27,719 nucleotides of DNA from a virus. Taxonomy: Duplodnaviria > Caudoviricetes. Position 1 is the stretch's first letter. Each line of letters begins with the position of its first letter. The notes beneath the pieces are model-generated. The model was not told the origin of the DNA and ran no database searches. It worked only from the letters and a program-made list of their open reading frames with translations. The DNA lies in the IMG/VR virus record IMGVR_UViG_3300044448_001601, positions 1-27,719 of that record, one strand, 5' to 3'. Positions 1-8,167 of this stretch are shown piece by piece. The position numbers and the translations under genes are program-made.

Positions 1-2
1 AT

Positions 3-638
3 GAGAAAGATGGTAATTCATTTAGAATACTAAGACTTGGTACAATAGTTCATAGTGATGTTGAAAAAGCATTATCATCATACCAAGACAAACTTGCAGA
101 AATGGAGACTGAAGATTCTCCAGTTAAAAGAAGTATTCACATTGAAGAAAAAATTAAAATAAAACAATTAGAAGTCACTGGTACATTTGATGCAGGTGAA
201 ATGATTAATGATAAAATAAATGATACCGCAGAATTTAATTTGTATGATTTAAAAACAGCAGCTGCTTATAAGTGGACTACTAAATTTGGTAGAAAGCAAA
301 ATAGGATGCCAAATGCTGATTTAAATTATAAACTTCAATTAGGTACTTATGCTTTAGGTATAAGACATAAGTATGAACCAGATAGAATTAATATGTATCT
401 CTTGTGGTATAATAAAAATACATCACAAATGAGAGAACAATTAGTGTCTCCAGAGTGGATAGATAAAGCTTTGGAGTATTGGATAGAAATACATGAGATG
501 AAAGAAGATATGGGTGAGTCTTTTGAAGATGAGCTTATACCTCAAGTGTCTTATGGTGTCCCTATGCAAGACTGGGAATGTAGATATTGTCAATTCTATA
601 GTATCTGCCCTAGTACACTAGCAGACAAAAAAAGATAA
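3..638 (+). CDS. Cas4/RecB-like PD-(D/E)XK exonuclease with Fe-S cysteines (5'-truncated)
   Basis: The frame is open from position 3 (EKDGNSFRILRLGTIVHSD...), upstream of the track start at 102. Motifs GTIVH, GTFD, YDLKT, QLGTY and C-terminal CRYCQFYSIC match Cas4-like nucleases. It lies next to an annealing protein. Confidence 0.85.
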   Translation, partial: EKDGNSFRILRLGTIVHSDVEKALSSYQDKLAEMETEDSPVKRSIHIEEKIKIKQLEVTGTFDAGEMINDKINDTAEFNLYDLKTAAAYKWTTKFGRKQNRMPNADLNYKLQLGTYALGIRHKYEPDRINMYLLWYNKNTSQMREQLVSPEWIDKALEYWIEIHEMKEDMGESFEDELIPQVSYGVPMQDWECRYCQFYSICPSTLADKKR

Positions 639-647
639 GGAGTAATA

Positions 648-1283
648 ATGAGCAATAAAAATGAGGTAATGGTAGTTGATGAACAAATGCTACAAGCTAC
701 TGATGCCGTAAGAAAGGCAATAACTAACAAACATAAGAAAGTATCTAGGCTAAAGACACCTAAGCCGTTCATTAAAAAGAAGATGGGTTTGGATTATGTG
801 GAATTCTCTTACATGAGAGATGTTGCAGATAAGGAATTTCCAGGCTGGTCTTGGACTATAGAAAAGACTGAGGTACTAGGAAGCGAAGCGTACGTTGTGC
901 AAGGTCGATTAACTTGGTACGATGAAGGACTATGGAGAAAAGCTGATATGGTGGCAGCTCATAGGATACAAAAGAAACGTGGCACTAATGAATTTGTAGA
1001 TATAGGTAATGATGTTAAAGCTGCTAATACAGATTGTATTAAGAAAGCATTTAATATGTACCTGAATATTGCAGATGATGTATATCGTAATCAGGTTGAA
1101 GATTTATCTTTAACTGATGAACAAGCAAATGATATTCTTGTAGTAGCTGGAGATATAAGTGAAGAGAGAATAGAACAAATACATGATTTAATTAAAGAAC
1201 AGGCAATAAATACTGCGAATTACAATTCGTCTTTACTTAAACTAGAGAGAGAAAGGGAAAAAGCAAATGCGAAATCTGAATAG
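648..1283 (+). CDS. sak: Sak/Rad52-family single-strand annealing protein
   Basis: GLDYVE...ADKEFPGWSW and KAANTDCIKKAFNMYLNIADDVY resemble the Rad52/22 pattern (A.TDA.KRA...GIG..LY). RBS AGGAG at 638-642. Confidence 0.8.
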   Translation: MSNKNEVMVVDEQMLQATDAVRKAITNKHKKVSRLKTPKPFIKKKMGLDYVEFSYMRDVADKEFPGWSWTIEKTEVLGSEAYVVQGRLTWYDEGLWRKADMVAAHRIQKKRGTNEFVDIGNDVKAANTDCIKKAFNMYLNIADDVYRNQVEDLSLTDEQANDILVVAGDISEERIEQIHDLIKEQAINTANYNSSLLKLEREREKANAKSE

Positions 1284-1527
1284 TAGTTATGATGATGCTC
1301 TTTTATCTGAAGAAGAGTGTTACACAATAGGCACTAATGATGGCAAAGAATTTAGAAGAGTGGTATATAAAGGTACTAAGCTTCTGAATGGAAAACCTAT
1401 GATGGTATTTAAAACCGAAGAGAATACATCCTTAACGGTTAATCCGTCATTTCATACATTCACAATAGAAGAAATCCCATTGCCTCAACCAGAGGATTTG
1501 GGAAAAGGAGAACAATCAAATGGGTAA
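1267..1527 (+). CDS. hypothetical protein (86 aa)
   Basis: Fills the operon and overlaps both neighbours; no recognisable motif. Confidence 0.7.
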   Translation: MRNLNSSYDDALLSEEECYTIGTNDGKEFRRVVYKGTKLLNGKPMMVFKTEENTSLTVNPSFHTFTIEEIPLPQPEDLGKGEQSNG

Positions 1528-1792
1528 AATCTCAAAAGAGAATACCGACAAACTCGTAAAGAGCGGAGTACTTTCAAAGAAAGCTCTTGCTGAAATGGAA
1601 AAGTTAAACGTAGTTGCTAAAGACAGAACTAAAATCAAACGATTTATGAAAACTGCAGATGGCAAGTTTGTTGAACCTAGTCTATATTTCAGAGGAGCGA
1701 AGGGATGTAAACCGTCAAAGAAGATGGAAGAATTCACCGCTGAGTATCAAAAATTGTTAAATAAATACACAACAACTAAAAACACTAAATAG
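1520..1792 (+). CDS. hypothetical basic protein (90 aa)
   Basis: AAGGAG RBS upstream; Lys-rich; operon position. Confidence 0.75.
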   Translation: MGKISKENTDKLVKSGVLSKKALAEMEKLNVVAKDRTKIKRFMKTADGKFVEPSLYFRGAKGCKPSKKMEEFTAEYQKLLNKYTTTKNTK

Positions 1793-1800
1793 GAGTAATA

Positions 1801-2427
1801 ATGGCTAAAGCAATAAAAGGTGCAGTATATGACCCTGCGCAACAATGGGTTCCAACGGAAGAAGGAACATATCCAGCTCATGTAACATCTTTAACTACTA
1901 AAGAAGTTGCAACTAGAGCAGGTGAAGCTATTGTCGTGAATATGACATACAAAGTAGCGCCTGAAGTAGTCGATGTTAAACAAGCACTATGGGAAATGGA
2001 TGGATACGAGTACAAAAGAGATAGCTCTGGAGAAAAGATACCAGTATTCAATGGTGGAGGTTCTCAACAAGAGGTAAGTTGTACACATCTAAAAGATAAG
2101 ATTCTATATGATAATGGATTCTTTGTCTTTACGGATACATCTTCGGCTAATAAGAATCAAAGATACTTTCAATTACTTGAAAATCTGGGTATCAAATGCG
2201 CAGATGATAAAGGAATAAAGAAGTTAGTTCTTATTGAAGAAGAAGACGTTGTAGGTCAACCAGTTCAAGTCACAACTAAGAGACAAGAATATGTCACTAA
2301 AGAAACTCGTGATTTACCAGTAGACCAACAAGAAAAACGTGCTACATTCAAAGTCAACACTGTTGTTAAGTGGGAGGATGGAGATGTCCTATCTCAAGAA
2401 GAGATGGATGACGATGTCCCCTTCTAA
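1801..2427 (+). CDS. ssb: phage single-stranded DNA-binding protein
   Basis: Acidic C-terminal tail EEMDDDVPF like the bacterial SSB DDDIPF tip; N-terminal EGTYPAHV beta pattern typical of phage OB-fold SSBs; near the exonuclease/Sak pair; AGGAG RBS. Confidence 0.75.
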   Translation: MAKAIKGAVYDPAQQWVPTEEGTYPAHVTSLTTKEVATRAGEAIVVNMTYKVAPEVVDVKQALWEMDGYEYKRDSSGEKIPVFNGGGSQQEVSCTHLKDKILYDNGFFVFTDTSSANKNQRYFQLLENLGIKCADDKGIKKLVLIEEEDVVGQPVQVTTKRQEYVTKETRDLPVDQQEKRATFKVNTVVKWEDGDVLSQEEMDDDVPF

Positions 2428-2448
2428 ATAAGAGAAAAAAGGGTTTTT

Positions 2449-2465
2449 TATTGTAATATACAATA
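2449..2465. promoter_or_regulatory. operator-like palindrome TATTGTA-ata-TACAATA
   Basis: Perfect 7-bp inverted repeat with a 3-nt spacer in the only sizeable intergenic gap of the left arm. Confidence 0.45.
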
Positions 2466-2480
2466 GAGTAAATTAGAGGC

Positions 2481-2547
2481 GAGGGTAGCTAGATATCATA
2501 TACCTATCTCTCGTCTCTCCCTTCGTTCTCCCAAGAAGGCTACCCTC
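2481..2547 (+). other. structured element (9-bp GC-rich closing stem with two possible internal hairpins)
   Basis: GAGGGTAGC (2481-2489) is the reverse complement of GCTACCCTC (2539-2547). Internal pairs: AGATA/TATCT (2491-2495/2505-2509) and CTTC/GAAG (2521-2524/2535-2538). Confidence 0.5.
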
Positions 2548-2566
2548 AAATTTTTAAGGAAGAGAT

Positions 2567-2824
2567 ATGAAACAAGAATCAACGGCATTAATTAAATTAA
2601 CTAAGTCTGAAATAGAGTGGACTATAATCGCTCTAGTTTATTCACAACAATCAGCTGAGCATTTCACACAATGGGATGATGCTAAGATGTATGAAAGAAT
2701 AAGGAAAGACTTTGTTAAAATAAAAGATGATATAATTAAAGGAGAGAAAGAAATTGAAACCAGAAACCAAAAGGAAGAGACAAATAGGAATAGCCCGACA
2801 GCTTGCAAAAGCTGCGATGATTGA
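2567..2824 (+). CDS. hypothetical protein (85 aa)
   Basis: AAGGA RBS upstream of ATG; ends in CKSCDD. Confidence 0.7.
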   Translation: MKQESTALIKLTKSEIEWTIIALVYSQQSAEHFTQWDDAKMYERIRKDFVKIKDDIIKGEKEIETRNQKEETNRNSPTACKSCDD

Positions 2825-3053
2825 TAAACCTGAATGGAGACCTGCTAAAGGTTATAAATACTTGGAGGATGTTTCTGTTGGTGAATTAGTCGATACTAGT
2901 TCAGGGTTAAGAGCCATTGTTGTAGAGCATACTGGTTGCGCAACTCAAGTAATTGTACTAAAAGCAGACCATCACAATCAAGCTGATAGAAATTTCTACT
3001 TAGGTGACCAAAGGTGGGCTAATTTAACTGAAGTTAAAATAATAGGAGATTAA
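2754..3053 (+). CDS. hypothetical protein (99 aa)
   Basis: TTG start with AAGGAG about 9 nt upstream; the stop abuts the next gene. Confidence 0.7.
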   Translation: MKPETKRKRQIGIARQLAKAAMIDKPEWRPAKGYKYLEDVSVGELVDTSSGLRAIVVEHTGCATQVIVLKADHHNQADRNFYLGDQRWANLTEVKIIGD

Positions 3054-3054
3054 A

Positions 3055-3324
3055 ATGACAAATCAAATAAAAGAATTAAATAGACACGTTCTAGAAATTG
3101 AAAAAATCTTAGATGATAAAAATAAAGTAATAGAACATATTCTAGATGTACTCACATGGGAAGAGATATCAGATACTACAAAGATATTAAAAATTAAAGA
3201 AATAATAGATTTGTATATTTCTAAAAATGAAAGCGAACCTACAACAGCAGATGAATTTAACGAAGCTGAAGTGCAAGAAGGTGAAGAATTAATGAAAGAA
3301 TTTCATAGTATCTTCGGTGAGTAA
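3055..3324 (+). CDS. hypothetical acidic coiled-coil protein (89 aa)
   Basis: AGGAG RBS; TAATG-coupled to the next gene. Confidence 0.75.
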   Translation: MTNQIKELNRHVLEIEKILDDKNKVIEHILDVLTWEEISDTTKILKIKEIIDLYISKNESEPTTADEFNEAEVQEGEELMKEFHSIFGE

Positions 3325-3581
3325 TGAGAAAAAATGAATTAATAAAATCTACTGCAACTACAAACAGAACAAAAGAGGCTCGTAATACAGATGCTAGAGT
3401 TAAGTTTTGTGTTGGGTGTAGAAAATGTTGGGAATACCTTTCAATAGACACTACTTCTAGAAAAAATAGAGAAGTTAGATACTATACAGATTTTCCTACA
3501 TATGGAAAAGAAAAACAAAAATGCGATAGATGCAAAGGAGAGAGCAATGAGCAAAATGTCATGGATAAGTTATTTATGTGA
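3324..3581 (+). CDS. putative zinc-ribbon protein
   Basis: Two CxxC pairs (CVGC, CDRC); TAATG overlap with the upstream gene. Confidence 0.65.
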   Translation: MRKNELIKSTATTNRTKEARNTDARVKFCVGCRKCWEYLSIDTTSRKNREVRYYTDFPTYGKEKQKCDRCKGESNEQNVMDKLFM

Positions 3582-3753
3582 AACTGGCAATAAGAAAGAG
3601 CTAGAAGAAGAAGTCGGTAAAGAACTTGCTGATGGATTCTTAAAAGCTCACAAGCAAATGAGAGATAATAGAGACCTCCCTGAATATGATAAATTGAATG
3701 AAATTCATGATAGGTTAGCTTCTGCTTTTCCTTCTGAAATAGAAAAGGAGTAG
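3547..3753 (+). CDS. hypothetical protein (68 aa, start revised from 3502)
   Basis: AAGGAG at 3535-3540 precedes an in-frame ATG at 3547 (MSKMSWIS...). Confidence 0.65.
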   Translation: MSKMSWISYLCETGNKKELEEEVGKELADGFLKAHKQMRDNRDLPEYDKLNEIHDRLASAFPSEIEKE

Positions 3754-3756
3754 AAG

Positions 3757-4140
3757 GTGAATAAATGTCCAGCTTGCGGATATCACTTAAAAAGTAGTAA
3801 GAATTATGCAGTAACGATGAATAAGATTCTTAAATCAAAAAGCAAGAGAACTGGAAGACTATTAACAAAAATTGCAACCATTATAATGAGAGAAGTTCCC
3901 TCGGAAACTCATTTCAACTATTATCAATTCTTAGTTGGAACGAAAGATGTGGATGATAATGTAATGGAGTATGCAGTAGAGCAATACTATCAGGCTAAAT
4001 GGTATCTGAATGGAAAAGGATTCCCTTACCTTAGAACTATTGCACTAAATAGAGGGAAGAACGTTAAGGCAATAATAGAAAACGAGAGAAAACGGTTGGG
4101 TTCAGTCCCACCTGTTTACAAAGGAGAAGAAGAGGAATGA
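3757..4140 (+). CDS. hypothetical basic protein with N-terminal CPACG
   Basis: GTG start after AAGGAG; 127 aa; function not recognised. Confidence 0.75.
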   Translation: MNKCPACGYHLKSSKNYAVTMNKILKSKSKRTGRLLTKIATIIMREVPSETHFNYYQFLVGTKDVDDNVMEYAVEQYYQAKWYLNGKGFPYLRTIALNRGKNVKAIIENERKRLGSVPPVYKGEEEE

Positions 4141-4286
4141 TTATGTTTGACATAGCAGAATGGATAGCCAATTTCTTAATACTAGGACTTGGCATATGTA
4201 TATGGGCCGTAGCTATTTTCATGATAGCAATGATAGTGTCTATGGCTAATAGATGGATAAGAGAAATAATAGAAAAGGAGAGATAA
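4137..4286 (+). CDS. small single-pass membrane protein (49 aa, not in ORF track)
   Basis: Translated by hand: MIMFDIAEWIANFLILGLGICIWAVAIFMIAMIVSMANRWIREIIEKER. ATGA overlap with the upstream stop; its TAA (4284-4286) abuts the ATG at 4287. Alternative start at 4143. Confidence 0.75.
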   Translation: MIMFDIAEWIANFLILGLGICIWAVAIFMIAMIVSMANRWIREIIEKER

Positions 4287-5066
4287 ATGTTACAAAATGC
4301 AATGTTCCCAGTAAGGGAAGTGCCAGCTATAGAAAATTATAGTAAGCATGGATTAGAAACTGGATATAAATTCATTATAAGAGAAGACACAAATGAAATA
4401 CTCAGTTGTATGACCAATGATTATAAATTGGTTAAGAATGAAACACTTTTAAAGACTGCGGAACCACTTATTAAAGCAAATGGCGGAAAGATTAAAGAAG
4501 TGAGGGTATTTGGTAATGGACAAAAACTTCATACAAGTTGGTCTTTTCCAAAGAATCTTGTTAAGATAGGGAAGAACGATGAAATGACTCCCGAAATTGT
4601 AATCGGGAATAGTTATGATGGTACGTTAGGTGTAAACATAATAGCAGGTGCATTTAGACTTATTTGTTCTAATGGAGCTGTTATAGGAGTAGTAGTATCA
4701 AAGTATAAGAACAAACATATCAAAGCAAATGTATCATTAGATGATATAGGTGATATTGTTTCTGAAACAGTTGAAAAGACAAAGCTTGTCATGAAAGATG
4801 AGTTTCCTGTTTTAATAGATACTGATTACAAAGACAAGCACATTGTGGAATTTCTAAAGATGTTTCCAATACAAGCAAACGATATGGTTACTCAGGCTTT
4901 GATAGCAAATAAACCTAAATCATTTTGGGATTTATTCAATGTAGGTACTAACGTATTAAGTCACCACATGAATAGAGATAGTCAGTCTACACATTTGATT
5001 GAGGGTAAGTTGTATCCTACAATTAAACGTTGGGCTTCCAAAGAGGCTAAGGTTGCCCTCGCTTGA
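4287..5066 (+). CDS. DUF932/DUF945-like phage/plasmid protein
   Basis: Characteristic IREDT..ILS.....YKLVKN and NSYDGT.......GAFRLICSNG motifs; AAGGAG RBS. Confidence 0.8.
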   Translation: MLQNAMFPVREVPAIENYSKHGLETGYKFIIREDTNEILSCMTNDYKLVKNETLLKTAEPLIKANGGKIKEVRVFGNGQKLHTSWSFPKNLVKIGKNDEMTPEIVIGNSYDGTLGVNIIAGAFRLICSNGAVIGVVVSKYKNKHIKANVSLDDIGDIVSETVEKTKLVMKDEFPVLIDTDYKDKHIVEFLKMFPIQANDMVTQALIANKPKSFWDLFNVGTNVLSHHMNRDSQSTHLIEGKLYPTIKRWASKEAKVALA

Positions 5067-5892
5067 TTGGTACGACTGTCCAATCGTGATACCTTATTAT
5101 GGTGGGAAGTATGAGTTGAGCAAGAGATTTGTTCCTCTCATACCCCCACATGATAGGTATTTTGAAGTATTCTCTGGAGGTTTGTCAATGTTCTTCAGAA
5201 AGAATAAGGCAGAATGGAACGTACTAAATGATAAAGACAACAACATTGTCAATCTGTATATGTGTGTGATATATAAACTTGATGAATTAGTAGATACTTT
5301 AAATTGGCTTCCCAAGTCTAGAAAATTATTCTTAGATTTCAAGGTTGAGGTACAAGAAAAAAGAGAGATAGAGATACCTGACCCTTTAAGAGCCGCTAAG
5401 TATTTCTATTGCATCAGACACAGCTTTAACAAATTAATTCATACACCTATGTCCATGATTAAAGATTGGAATAAAAACTGGGAAGAAGAGTTTAAATACT
5501 CAAGAGAAAAACTAGGAGGTAGTACAATAGAGAACCTAGACTTTGCTGAACTAGTAGATAGATACAAACCAAGAGAGGGAGATTTTTGGTATCTTGACCC
5601 ACCGTATTTTGTTGCTCATGAAAAAGGTAATAAGTATTATCAACATAATTTTAATGCTGACGACCATTTAAGATTGAAAGAAAAAGTAGATAAGATACAC
5701 GAAAGTGGTGGAAAATTCATGATTAGTTATGACCATGAAGAAAGAGTTGCAGAACTATATAAGGATTATGATGTAAGAACTATAGACCTTAAATACGCAG
5801 GCGCAACAGATGAAGCAAAGAAAAAGGAACGTAAGGAATACTTAATAATAAATTATGAACCAGCTAATCAAGTTGGTTTATTTGAAGAATAG
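5053..5892 (+). CDS. D12-class N6-adenine DNA methyltransferase (Dam family)
   Basis: PYYGGK (motif X), EVFSGG (SAM-binding motif I), LNDKD and catalytic DPPY. Probable TTG start at 5053 after GAGG (track start 4999). Confidence 0.92.
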   Translation: MPSLDWYDCPIVIPYYGGKYELSKRFVPLIPPHDRYFEVFSGGLSMFFRKNKAEWNVLNDKDNNIVNLYMCVIYKLDELVDTLNWLPKSRKLFLDFKVEVQEKREIEIPDPLRAAKYFYCIRHSFNKLIHTPMSMIKDWNKNWEEEFKYSREKLGGSTIENLDFAELVDRYKPREGDFWYLDPPYFVAHEKGNKYYQHNFNADDHLRLKEKVDKIHESGGKFMISYDHEERVAELYKDYDVRTIDLKYAGATDEAKKKERKEYLIINYEPANQVGLFEE

Positions 5893-5900
5893 GAGCTAAC

Positions 5901-7214
5901 ATGGCAAAGGAAGTAAAAAAAATGCCGTCCGCATCTGAAGCTGAACAAGCTTTATTAGGTTGTATATTGGAAGGCGGTGAGAGAGAGCAAGAGATTGCTA
6001 TGGCTTGGATAAGGGATAACAATGCTTTCTATACTACAGAAAATCAAGATATATGGAAGGCTATGGCTGAACTATATAAAGATGGCGTAGATATAGACTT
6101 TGTTACTCTATCTGAAAAGATGAAAGATATGACAGGTGATAGTAAAGCGTACTATATAACTGGACTTTCTGAATCATTTACATCTAAAAGTAATGTAGAA
6201 AACTATGCTAAAATAGTATGGGAAAGATACATACAAAGAGAGACTGCTAAATCAGCTGAAGCTTTACTTGAGGCTAGTTACGAAGACTATAAAGAAGTAG
6301 GCAGTATTCTAGAAAAACATAGCAAATTAATCGAGGAATTAAGACACGTTCAACCCTCTAAAATAAGAGACATTGAAGTGTTGGTTGAAGAGATGAAAGC
6401 AACTGTGGAAGAAGATACTAATCTGATACCATTTAATCTCGGACACCTTGATACTTTTGCAGGTGGAATGACTAGAAAAGAACTAACTGTACTAGGCGGT
6501 AGGCCTGGTCATGGAAAAACAACTTTGGTAATTAATATTGTAAAAGGATTGATTGAACAAGGATACAGAGTTATGCTATTTAATCGAGAAATGAGCAATA
6601 CGGAGATGTTAAAGAAGATGGCGGTAATGGAGTCGAGTTCTCTAAAATACGGAGATATAAGACGAAATGACCTTAATGAAAATAGTAAAGTTGAGTTTGA
6701 ATCTGTATCAGATAGACTAAAAGGTAATTATAAAGAATTTCTTATGTATGATAACGTAAGAGGACTTGATGATTGTCTAAGAGAAATTGCTAAGCATAAA
6801 CCAGATGTAGTCATTGATGATTATATTCAGTTGATACAAGTAGAAGGCATTAAAGAGGGAAGAAGGTTTGAGATTGAAAAGATAATGCAAGAGTATAAAT
6901 GGATATGTAAGCAAGAGAACTGTTCTGCTATATTAGTATCTCAATTAAATAGAGAGATTGAAAAGAGACTAGACCCTAGACCTCGCATGAGTGATTATGC
7001 AGAGTCAGGTGTAATAGAACAAACTGCTGAATCTGCTATGTTTGTATTCTATGGACATAACTTCGATAGTGACAAATTTAATCCATATAAAAGTGAGATT
7101 ATAGTTGCTAAAAGTAGATATGGAAAGATAGGTACTCATATGGTAGGATTCAATGGAGGAAGATGTAAGTTCTATATGAACTCTACAATGGCGGAGAAAG
7201 ATAATATTGCATAA
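5901..7214 (+). CDS. dnaB: replicative DNA helicase (DnaB family)
   Basis: N-terminal P...EAEQALLG; Walker A GGRPGHGKT; NREMS; Walker B IDDYIQL; SQLNR; ESGVIEQ; AKSRYG arginine finger. Confidence 0.96.
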   Translation: MAKEVKKMPSASEAEQALLGCILEGGEREQEIAMAWIRDNNAFYTTENQDIWKAMAELYKDGVDIDFVTLSEKMKDMTGDSKAYYITGLSESFTSKSNVENYAKIVWERYIQRETAKSAEALLEASYEDYKEVGSILEKHSKLIEELRHVQPSKIRDIEVLVEEMKATVEEDTNLIPFNLGHLDTFAGGMTRKELTVLGGRPGHGKTTLVINIVKGLIEQGYRVMLFNREMSNTEMLKKMAVMESSSLKYGDIRRNDLNENSKVEFESVSDRLKGNYKEFLMYDNVRGLDDCLREIAKHKPDVVIDDYIQLIQVEGIKEGRRFEIEKIMQEYKWICKQENCSAILVSQLNREIEKRLDPRPRMSDYAESGVIEQTAESAMFVFYGHNFDSDKFNPYKSEIIVAKSRYGKIGTHMVGFNGGRCKFYMNSTMAEKDNIA

Positions 7215-7488
7215 AAGTTGTTATGGGTGTTTCTACGAGGTTTCTAGAAAATGTTATTGGTTTCTTGTAACTGGTAATAATGAAGCACCCAAAGCAATCC
7301 CTTCAGATATAATAGACAAGGGTTGTGATAAGTACAAATGTACACCATATGAGAGTACACCAATACTTGAATACATAATAAAAACATTTGATGGCGAAGT
7401 AATTAGCAGTAAATATGAGAGACCTACATACAAAAGAAAGTATGTAAAAAGTCCTCATAAATACTCATATAGGAGAGATGCACAATGA
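7207..7488 (+). CDS. hypothetical Cys-rich protein (93 aa)
   Basis: TTG start after GGAG; CYGC...C...C...C; overlaps both neighbours. Confidence 0.65.
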   Translation: MHKSCYGCFYEVSRKCYWFLVTGNNEAPKAIPSDIIDKGCDKYKCTPYESTPILEYIIKTFDGEVISSKYERPTYKRKYVKSPHKYSYRRDAQ

Positions 7489-7946
7489 CAATAATAGGAA
7501 TAGACCCAGGCCAAGGAGGCGCAATAGCATGTTGGAATAAGGGAATAAAATCATATAAATGTCCACAAAATGTAGAAACAATGGCTGGAGTCGTAGAAGA
7601 ATTCATATTTAATAGTGAAAATATATATGCATATATAGAACAAGTTCATGCAATGCCTCACGATGGAAGAAGTTCTTTATTTAAATTTGGCACTAATTAT
7701 GGAAAATGGTTAGGTATTCTGGGAGCATATCAAATAGAAACAAACTTTGTTAGTCCACAAAAATGGATGAAATATTGGCAAGAAAAACTTGATATAAAAT
7801 TACCTAAAGATAAACCCAGTAGAAAAAGACAACTAAAAGAAATAGCCTCACATTATACAGATAAAAAAGTTACATTATACAATGCGGATGCTATATTAAT
7901 AACAATGTACGGACTGTACGACAAAAGGGAGCAAGAAAATGAGTGA
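7485..7946 (+). CDS. RuvC-like Holliday junction resolvase
   Basis: IIGIDPG (catalytic D), YIEQV (E), SLFKFG, VSPQKW and ADAILI (D) form the RNase H-fold RuvC pattern of phage resolvases. Confidence 0.88.
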   Translation: MTIIGIDPGQGGAIACWNKGIKSYKCPQNVETMAGVVEEFIFNSENIYAYIEQVHAMPHDGRSSLFKFGTNYGKWLGILGAYQIETNFVSPQKWMKYWQEKLDIKLPKDKPSRKRQLKEIASHYTDKKVTLYNADAILITMYGLYDKREQENE

Positions 7947-8124
7947 GAGTGAGTTTACAATATATTACGCAGATACTCTGAATAGAGTTTCAAGAGAAAT
8001 AAAAAGAAACAATACGCCAGAAGGTCAAAACAAACAAACTATTATAGATTTATTAAAAGCACTTAATCAAACAACAAGTCATTTAATAGAACTATTGGAA
8101 TTTGATAATAAAATATTGGCATAA
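7939..8124 (+). CDS. hypothetical protein (61 aa), last gene of the left arm
   Basis: GGGAG RBS; overlaps the end of the resolvase gene. Confidence 0.6.
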   Translation: MSESEFTIYYADTLNRVSREIKRNNTPEGQNKQTIIDLLKALNQTTSHLIELLEFDNKILA

Positions 8125-8167
8125 GATTAGCTCCTTGTGCGTAGGAATAAGTTGGGCATTGAGGCTA

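Noticed and set aside
3-638. Cas4-like gene as a sign of a CRISPR-Cas locus
   Set aside because: No repeat-spacer array or other cas genes were seen; the context next to Sak and SSB indicates a solo phage recombination nuclease.
2481-2547. tRNA gene
   Set aside because: Despite the multi-stem shape and similar length, there is no T-loop (TTCRA) or D-loop consensus and no cloverleaf.
5901-7214. Intein or intron in dnaB
   Set aside because: The length (437 aa) and motif spacing are those of an uninterrupted DnaB.
8125-8167. Bidirectional terminator at the convergence point
   Set aside because: Only a 4-bp stem (TCCT/AGGA) is present, with no U-tract on either strand; too weak to call.
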